Shown: positions 29,901-35,405 of the stretch, piece by piece | Layout of the letters: the number at the start of each line of letters is the position of its first letter | Position numbering within the stretch: the stretch's first letter is position 1 | Assembly: GCA_017478185.1 (NCBI GenBank) | Contig: JAFVEA010000009.1 | Span: forward strand, 370,527 to 434,526 | DNA: 64,000 bases | DNA from: Clostridia bacterium | Lineage (GTDB): Bacteria > Bacillota > Clostridia > Christensenellales > UBA1242 | Direction of reading: 5' to 3' | Program-made: the position numbers and the translations under genes | Notes under the pieces: model-generated | Told to the model about the DNA's origin: nothing | Databases searched by the model: none | The model's input: the letters and a program-made list of their open reading frames with translations, nothing else

Positions 29901-32521
29901 CGAATAATTGATGAATTTTTGTTGTATTTTATGCGAACAACATATTTTCCATCTCCACTAAAAAGAGTTGGATTTACTTCCAAAATTTCTCCATTTTTGT
30001 CATAAACAAGCCCTTTTAGCGTTGCGTCTGAAATTTCTTTTGTTCCGTCAAAGTTAAATTTGTCATAAGTTGCTGTGATTGGTGTGTCAAATTCATTGTT
30101 TTTAAGCCATTCCACAAACACACGCTTGTTTGTGAATGAGTTTGAAGAAAGTTCGTTTCCACTTCTTGAGATTATGTTTTTTGAATCTGTTTCATCTGTT
30201 GATTTAACAGACACTGTTGGCTGAGAATTTGTTATTCTAAAAGCCAAAACTTGTTGAACATACTTAGCACTATCAACACTATCATCACTGGCATTGTTTT
30301 TAAATGACAAAAACACAAAATAAAGTCCAGCGGCAGAAAATGAAACAGAATTTGTGTAATCATCAACTTCTTCAATTTTACCACTATCACTCACATAAAC
30401 ATACCACATAGAGTTTGCCGAATTGTTTTTTGTTGCGTTATATCTAAGAGAAACTGGAGTTTGGTTTGTTGAAACAAGCCTATTTTTGTTTATGTATATT
30501 TGTTTTGTGCCAAGGTTTAACACGCCTTCACTATAATTTGATGGAGTTGTCTTTTCAAAAACAGCAGAACTTCCTGATGCCGCAGTTAACAAATATGAAA
30601 AATCACTATAAAAATTTTCATTATTTAAAAATTTAACATAAGTTTCATTATCTCTATTATCTCTATAAATTGCTTGATAACCATTGATGTGGATTGTGTT
30701 TGAAATGTTTTGAATGCTTCCTGTTGTTGCGTTTATGCCGTCAGTTTTATAATAAGTTCCGTCAGCAATCTTAAGCTTATATTGCTGGCTTATGGCATAA
30801 TCTCCAATTTCTTTAAATGTGTGATAAGCAATAAATGGCGCATCCAAGTTATATTCACAAACAGTTTTTAAAACTTTGTTATAATAATATGTTTTGTTAT
30901 TTAATGAAATTTTGCCATCAACAGCATTATCATATGTTGTGTTATTATAATCAAAACTAACCAAAGTATCACTTGAAATGTTTAGGTTTTCATAACCTGT
31001 GAGTTTTTCAGTTTTTCTATAAATTGTTTTTTGTTCAATTTGAGTTTTTGAGCCTGTGTTATCTATTTTTGACAAAGTTAATGTTCCATATAAATCATCA
31101 TCAGCAACAAAATCAAAAGTATAATTTTCTATATAACTATAAAGTGTTTTTTCAAAGCTTATCGAATATTTTTCTGGGTTATAAGAAATGGTTGGGTATA
31201 AAAGTTTATCCGTCCACATCCACTTGTCTGTTTTGCTGTCTTTATAAGCAAGCCCTCTAACGCCACCAACTTCAACTTGATAATAAACATCTGTGGTTAT
31301 TTCGATTGCTTCCACATTTTCTTCTTCACCATTGTTATAACTTAAAGTTCCATTCGAAAGCTCTGCACCATCCAAAACTTTTGCATCAAGGTCAAGCAAG
31401 TTGTTTGTTAAAATGTTGTTAAAACCAAAGTAGTGGTCTTTTTGAGTTGTTGTTGTTAAAACAGAGTTAACATTATAAAAATTTAAAAGTTCATTTGTGT
31501 TGGAGTAGGTGTTTGATGTTGTTAAATAAAAAATAAATTGTGCAGTTAACGTTTCTTCAAATCCTGATCCTGGATTAATTCTATAGGTTGTGTTAAAATC
31601 ATACTTACCTTCCAAGCTTTCAAGGTTTTTTGGGCTTGAACTGCTATTTTCTTTTGTGTAAGCAGAACTTGAAATGCCACAGTCATTAATAATTGATGCT
31701 GGAAGTCCGTGATATTCTTTATAGTAGTAAGAATGAACGGTGTCACTGTCTAGCTTTGTTCCAGCAGAATCAATTAAGCTTCCATTATAATTTGTTGAGG
31801 CTTGGTCAATATAATAATTTCCGCCTGGGCCACTAATTTTTATTTGAACTGCCTCGTGGGAAGCAAAAGTTGTGTCTGAAGTCCAAACTGCTGTTTTGGC
31901 GCTACTGTCATAGTTTGAAATTGTTCCATTATTAGAATTTGTTTCAAAAAGATTTCCAAAATTTGTTTGAGTTGTTGTCAAGGTGCTTCCATTTGCTAAG
32001 GTGTCGTAGTCTTCAGTGTAACTTACGCCATTATATGTATAAGAAAAAGTGTTGTTTGTTTCATTTATTGTTAAGTTTAAAACAAGTGGTTTTGTTTTGA
32101 ACCAAAAAAATTTTTTCAAAGTTTCACTATAATAAGCAACACCATTTGTTCCACCAACTTGAACTTTATAGCCTGTTTTTACATCTATTGTTGTGACCTC
32201 GTTTGATGTTGTTAATTCTGTTCCATTAAAATATGTTAAAGTGTTTCCGCTAACTGTTGCATTAGTAAGCTCTGTGTAACTGTCAAGATACACAAAAGGG
32301 TTGCCATTTTCATCAACATCATCCAAAATTATTTCTCGTTCACTTAATATATTATTTGTTTTGTTGTCAACCGTTATTATAGTGGCTTCTATTGCCCCTA
32401 TATTAGCTGCAGCGTTAACTTGTTTTTGCTGAAACAAAAAAGCTCCCAAAAATGATAGTATAGCCAAAACAATTAGTGCCATACTGCCTAAAATTGAATA
32501 TCTTAAAGTGTTTTTTTGCAT
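23978..32521 (-). CDS. giant cell-surface protein (2847 aa) with an N-terminal signal/TM segment and a C-terminal TM anchor; putative adhesin
   Basis: AAGGAG lies 6 nt before the ATG at 32521 (MQKNTLRYSILGSMALIVLAILSFLGAFL). The C-terminus is AAIILIVVGVLVVIAVIVLFVMFRTKMKVK. The composition is N/T/S/Y-rich and beta-like, with an internally repeated ~65-aa module (..VQVGGTNGVAYY.. / ..VEVGGVRGLAYK..). Confidence 0.85.
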   Translation of the reverse strand: MQKNTLRYSILGSMALIVLAILSFLGAFLFQQKQVNAAANIGAIEATIITVDNKTNNILSEREIILDDVDENGNPFVYLDSYTELTNATVSGNTLTYFNGTELTTSNEVTTIDVKTGYKVQVGGTNGVAYYSETLKKFFWFKTKPLVLNLTINETNNTFSYTYNGVSYTEDYDTLANGSTLTTTQTNFGNLFETNSNNGTISNYDSSAKTAVWTSDTTFASHEAVQIKISGPGGNYYIDQASTNYNGSLIDSAGTKLDSDTVHSYYYKEYHGLPASIINDCGISSSAYTKENSSSSPKNLESLEGKYDFNTTYRINPGSGFEETLTAQFIFYLTTSNTYSNTNELLNFYNVNSVLTTTTQKDHYFGFNNILTNNLLDLDAKVLDGAELSNGTLSYNNGEEENVEAIEITTDVYYQVEVGGVRGLAYKDSKTDKWMWTDKLLYPTISYNPEKYSISFEKTLYSYIENYTFDFVADDDLYGTLTLSKIDNTGSKTQIEQKTIYRKTEKLTGYENLNISSDTLVSFDYNNTTYDNAVDGKISLNNKTYYYNKVLKTVCEYNLDAPFIAYHTFKEIGDYAISQQYKLKIADGTYYKTDGINATTGSIQNISNTIHINGYQAIYRDNRDNETYVKFLNNENFYSDFSYLLTAASGSSAVFEKTTPSNYSEGVLNLGTKQIYINKNRLVSTNQTPVSLRYNATKNNSANSMWYVYVSDSGKIEEVDDYTNSVSFSAAGLYFVFLSFKNNASDDSVDSAKYVQQVLAFRITNSQPTVSVKSTDETDSKNIISRSGNELSSNSFTNKRVFVEWLKNNEFDTPITATYDKFNFDGTKEISDATLKGLVYDKNGEILEVNPTLFSGDGKYVVRIKYNKNSSIIRTFTIDTNAISGIRAYSVDSSNKANNVLSSLTTNPSDFDLTVNTPFVWSWDEKASGAKITASYYYSNLTSKPDFELTKLSGNNEVWVTANGMFSDFKRGPNYAHTNITEPFNSEQIISSNCFAILLLEDEAGNTASFATIYDSITPEIIQERIGESTQTTTDLVNTTTKFTWGAYKALDASQVKDVLKNLTTSIEMGGNTYSLNETISNALENYFRTDSNNNFYYTQKISKAEMNERTFSGQSAYVVITENNKKFYAYISSTENQEGKAYDLTKNINLSVSAYDILNNRKTLSKNVSLDKSDGRIFSHSEQIDITGISDTTNEGENKNRQRLSENMISNRDFLTFSFKQANSGSAFEVEKITLSFYELTYQDNNNPYSSTPIEYVIFTNTRTGMESNVFWTPTTSDDDDGDTTGTYYQSSALNVGPNGLTLQGKYVFTRYYVNKTAFDEANSRGDVFTRTYTAYVDRSIDPMRNAKLTLGETIRGYTEAESTKIFYFNSFGNQSNAKNEFNINTDIKAPAVANINTNMLPIVISNLSGTKYSNQKLLAIVQCFNENSTFKSQTLYSPDVNSSSNGVEPFSSLLTYKFNEIGIYRIIVCDYANLASSKVTDWSHLDLWNSENFVPNVVSLSFKILKTTPQIEIQNSSTHSQLKKAELKANVDGTYAYTNNDNYVVFKFSDTIDPYRAKIAYKSWTLKRTSFTLNDDGVMTTQEESISPSQENDYKVREYDASNPNGFSEPEIQRINGTYSGEDLTDFVLNSGVLFYRVKIPGEDRYDYYIILPKNSKNTDYFYSLTINYIGNENIYGDYYSATNSVYIDNISPYKGLLNLIENDTYLTDSQKADMKRNLNNHDYEFLKYYAFNVGSSFDVSSFSTLDLSDNGKFYYYKQVDDKYDGTIYPKQTVIPESDDYNTYTNLRFSKDSFSSNEYTTQLSVSGYFDIVEVDEAGNHRVYTIFIAKTDDEVLLTTTGSNFTTDELNFKFSSKTDENGEKTFMIQETTSNTTYNTTTTPSLSVTSFVLNSNNFKINDSWYKVSFSLENGNVGQDFLREYVFNVAPQNYLLSIRNNQNLSQDKKDSILNKYKNKNEIIEFLNDWLRQVIALNSSSNGAQIRLIFNNRSGKDIDFYLLTPGREIGISELYPERIDNRKFRITMPADTYSTKYSNFEIRRNDSQLQYDNSSPQINLLNLNTSRSSQTKLSFDLFESYYKYNFSFIDNFGRIYKFTYPTTEMVKGLVFEESSPYVYDNIPYTPNTTLFNYVTGKDDRISIKIYDVNADEVILDVKDLPYTTYGVENSLVNVCNMNSQYISQSLDSQTSVVTISFNAIKNRHLTYEIVLIDIDNNKTTYNFGIYTYAQEIMLTDDSGRALWANEDLTSNDKQKFTSKTTIITFTPNNSFLFNPRVYVVNDNNTIPIVSGYKVYKLGDYSVIIKSDLGVINVRTINFSKKEATSDLYSVYFAGEKLSPHTVNNYRYPYEVEDSTKYIYHYFFLSNLENAWNDLRILPNEAQDFDITDVTTETTDTNTKIYKISNENLTTYCAITKVSPASNLTTLQYSTSTTNNFLDSQFSGIGTKTTTTIYPTSSGNPTYVKLTWGKTEEIAPNFVYLEIKYNNSVETGKVYDDIILTKSGKYEIKIYDAVGQVQYFGDGNTKTDTFTLLILNEVNYFINNKNPIQNATYNKTDEGIKLSLDDANNYDLSRVQISILRNNAPYNDFIKNDNTSWTFVEAGYYKVDISAPLNTNSSQTVVLSATAQFTILDKNEAKTVYDFAKTYGYYVSTVQRITYTKDEESEQGIENNDEDITSSLKSLFGVNKLESFKLSPQDVGAGRYKITVTVNSSLMVEEQYSFDIWLNDEISNLISPSRSWGSSSTKSFSVEYNPSNIFEQVGNCYIKVNDNIVATIDEENSQNEKVSFRVSEVGTHIVQIYSKSGSLISSQRITITKPLNTAAIILIVVGVLVVIAVIVLFVMFRTKMKVK

Positions 32522-32720
32522 ATTAAACTCCTTTGACTTTTGTTTTCCCGACCAAATTGCAAAGAATAATTTTGTCATTTACTTACAAAATTTTAACATA
32601 TTATGCCTTTTTTTACAACTAAAAACAAAGAAAATTGAAAAATTTATCACAAATATTTTTAGTTTTTTTAAAAATTTATATACACAAAATTTTAATTTTT
32701 TATATTTTATAAATATAACA

Positions 32721-32751
32721 CAAAAAAATCGCAACAATTTTTGTTGCGATT
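32721..32751 (-). terminator. intrinsic terminator after the coupling-protein gene
   Basis: 10-bp stem ATCGCAACAA/TTGTTGCGAT, with T7 on the minus strand. Confidence 0.7.
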
Positions 32752-32761
32752 TTTAAAAATT

Positions 32762-34726
32762 TTAATTTTCTTTAAGAACCATTTTGTTTCTTCTTCGAAT
32801 GTCATAATAAACTTTTTCTGTATCCAAATATCTTGCAGGCTTATAAACTTGTGGGGCAGGGCTCATATCATAGATGTTTGGAGCACGCCAAGCAAATGTA
32901 AAGGTGCTTCGAATTGCACTTTCTTTAAACATAGAAACAATGATTTCACCTTCTTTTAAAAGGCCTAATTCATCAACAGTTATAAGTCTAACGCTTGTTT
33001 TGTTTGTTGAAACAGAAGTTGTGTCTTGTTTTGAATCCTTTCCTTTGTTTTTGGTTGTTGATGTTGTGTCAACTGAAGTGCTTCCACATCGGAGTGAAAA
33101 GTCTTCTTTTGTTTTGGCATCAGTGGTTCCCAAGAAGTAGTGGATGTTACAGTTTGATTTAATTGTGTCGGCAACGGCATCGCCATATTTCATATTTAGC
33201 TGTGTGTAACTTTGAACAACCAAGAACACACTAATCCTACGGCTACGCCCAACTGTTATGATGGAATCAAATTTTGGGATTTTTGGCAAGTTTCCAAACT
33301 CATCCAAAATGAAGAACACTTTTCTAGGCAATTGAAGTTTTGGTGTTTTGCTGGCTGTTTCAACAAGCGTTTTATAAAGCTGAATGATGCACATAACAGC
33401 AATTGAGTGACGAGTGTCTTTTTCATCAGGGGCTTGAACAAATAGGGCGGTTGGCTGGTCGGTGAAGTGTTCAAAATCCATTTCGTTTCCACTTGTTGCA
33501 AAACAAATTCCTTCATCGGCAAAAGAACTTAGGTTACTTGAAACAATTCCCATATATCCTCTAATTGTTGTTCCAGCGTTGTTTATAATAGGGCTTGCAA
33601 GTTGCATTGCGTTAGAAAGCTTGCTTCTGCCTTGAAAATATTCTTGAAGTGATGCAAATTGGTTGTCTGGGTCATCATCTCTAAGGTTGCAAATCTTATA
33701 TAAATTAAAAAGATTAAACCTATCTTTTGTCATGCCAAGCTCTGGAATGGCGCTATCCTCAAGCATTGCAAGCATAACTCCCAAAACAAAGTCTTTTGCT
33801 CCTCTCTCCCAAGTTGCTCCATCTCCAGTTGATTGTTGAGGGCAAAGGGTGGTTGCAATGTCGTTTAAATCTTCATAAGCATCATCTTGCAAGCGCTTTT
33901 TTAAAGCAATCAAGTCATTGTCAAGCATAGTTTTGGTTGGGTAGGCCCTCCCTTCAAATTCATACCATTCAGTGTTATAAACATCCCCAATCTTTTGTAG
34001 CTTATATGCCTCAGGGGTGCCACCAGTGTGAACTTTAACCTCATTATATAAGTGCAAGCTTCGCTGAAACGCCAAAAATGGTTTTTCCATAGGGTTCCAA
34101 CGGCTGGATGAAAAGGTGTCACGCAAATTTAGGGCAACAACTTTGTAACCCATTTTTTTGAGGTGTTCACTGTGGTCACGATAAAGTTCACCTTTCATAT
34201 CATTTATAACAAGCCCAGGCTTATCTTGGCAAGAACTCAAAATTTGAATGGTTGGGTTAACAAATCCGGCAGATTTACCAACACCAGTGGTACCTATTAC
34301 CAGCGCATGCCAGTCTTCATACTTAAAGTTTATGTGAATATCTCCGCCTTTAAGCTCAGCCCTTAGTGGAATCCCCGCCTTAACGCTTCCAAGGTGTTTA
34401 AATGTTACGGCAGTATATTTTTTGTTCATTTCTTGTTCAGTTAGCCATTTTGAATCAAAAAATTGTTTGGTTTCTGGTTTTTTCTCTTTTTTGCTACTTT
34501 TAAACAAAGCGCCTTTTTTTTCGTCAGTTACTCTAAGCAAAAAGAACAGCAAAAACACAAGTGCCAAAACAAAACCAAAAATGTTAGCGTATGTGCTTTC
34601 AAACATTGTGTCAAAGTCAATTTCAGTGAAGCCTGAGTCCATTGCGCTTCCCAAAATTGCTCCAGCAAAATAACATATTGCAATCATAACAACTGCAAAA
34701 ATAATGTATTTAAAAATTGCTCTCAT
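32762..34726 (-). CDS. VirD4/TraG-type type IV coupling protein (T4CP)
   Basis: Two N-terminal TM segments. Walker A is LVIGTTGVGKSAG, Walker B is VFFILDEFGNLPKIP, followed by GRSRRISVFLVVQSYTQLNMKYG, the characteristic TraG/VirD4 pattern. GGAGG lies 6 nt before the ATG at 34726. Confidence 0.85.
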   Translation of the reverse strand: MRAIFKYIIFAVVMIAICYFAGAILGSAMDSGFTEIDFDTMFESTYANIFGFVLALVFLLFFLLRVTDEKKGALFKSSKKEKKPETKQFFDSKWLTEQEMNKKYTAVTFKHLGSVKAGIPLRAELKGGDIHINFKYEDWHALVIGTTGVGKSAGFVNPTIQILSSCQDKPGLVINDMKGELYRDHSEHLKKMGYKVVALNLRDTFSSSRWNPMEKPFLAFQRSLHLYNEVKVHTGGTPEAYKLQKIGDVYNTEWYEFEGRAYPTKTMLDNDLIALKKRLQDDAYEDLNDIATTLCPQQSTGDGATWERGAKDFVLGVMLAMLEDSAIPELGMTKDRFNLFNLYKICNLRDDDPDNQFASLQEYFQGRSKLSNAMQLASPIINNAGTTIRGYMGIVSSNLSSFADEGICFATSGNEMDFEHFTDQPTALFVQAPDEKDTRHSIAVMCIIQLYKTLVETASKTPKLQLPRKVFFILDEFGNLPKIPKFDSIITVGRSRRISVFLVVQSYTQLNMKYGDAVADTIKSNCNIHYFLGTTDAKTKEDFSLRCGSTSVDTTSTTKNKGKDSKQDTTSVSTNKTSVRLITVDELGLLKEGEIIVSMFKESAIRSTFTFAWRAPNIYDMSPAPQVYKPARYLDTEKVYYDIRRRNKMVLKEN

Positions 34727-34755
34727 TTTTTCCTCCAACAAGTTTTTATGTTTTC

Positions 34756-34784
34756 ATTATAATATATAATAAGGAAAAAAGCAA
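34756..34784 (-). promoter_or_regulatory. sigma70-like promoter of the T4CP gene
   Basis: On the minus strand: TTGCTT (34779-34784), a 17-nt spacer, then TATAAT (34756-34761). Confidence 0.45.
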
Positions 34785-34993
34785 AAATTTTGCCATAATT
34801 TTATCTAAAAATTTTAAAAAAACAAAAAAAATAAAAAAATTTTAAAAATGTGCTAAAAATTATTTGCTTTTATAATTTTTTTTTGCTAAGATAAGAGCAT
34901 ACAAAACAAAATTGTTTGCAAATTTTGAATAAAACCGAAAAAAGCAGACAACATAGTTTTAAAAAGAAAGTGAAAAAATAAGGGAGGGTTTTT

Positions 34994-35347
34994 ATGGACT
35001 TTTTTAGTTTGGCAATGGGTATGATGAATTTGCTTGCTTCTAATTCTGGATTAAGTTCAGTGGCAAAAAACATTTTTGATATCTCAAAAACTGTTTTAGT
35101 GCCTATTATGGTTCTTGTGGGTGTTGGTGGAGTTTTCTATTCAATTTATTTGGGAGTTAACATGGCAAGGGCAGACAGCTCAGACAAAAGAGAAGAAGCC
35201 AAAAAGAGAATGGTAAATGCAATAATTGGATTTGTTGTTATCTTTGTTTTAGTCACACTTATGTATTTGTTTGCAGCAAACGCAGATTCTATATTTGGAG
35301 GTATTGGACCAGATACGCCAAATATAAGCGAAGAAAAAACAGCATAA
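34994..35347 (+). CDS. small two-TM protein, putative T4SS pilin (VirB2/TrbC or T4SS_pilin-like)
   Basis: 117 aa with a GGGAGGG RBS. It has a hydrophobic leader and TM1 (VLVPIMVLVGVGGVFYSIYLGV), then a short charged loop (ARADSSDKREEAKKRM) and TM2 (VNAIIGFVVIFVLVTLMYLF). This topology and the loop-AK-x-x-h-x-x-hIG pattern are typical of T4SS pilins. It is the first gene of the plus-strand T4SS-like set. Confidence 0.5.
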   Translation: MDFFSLAMGMMNLLASNSGLSSVAKNIFDISKTVLVPIMVLVGVGGVFYSIYLGVNMARADSSDKREEAKKRMVNAIIGFVVIFVLVTLMYLFAANADSIFGGIGPDTPNISEEKTA

Positions 35348-35405
35348 GTTCAAAAAAATAAGTTTATTTTAAAAGGGGAAGTATTGTCCCGAGAGGGAGG
35401 GTTAA

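Noticed and set aside
32511-32517. A7 homopolymer in codons 2-4 of the giant anchored protein, considered as a slipped-strand phase-variation switch.
   Set aside because: Seven bases is short, and such runs are everywhere in this AT-rich sequence. Without population data there is no support.
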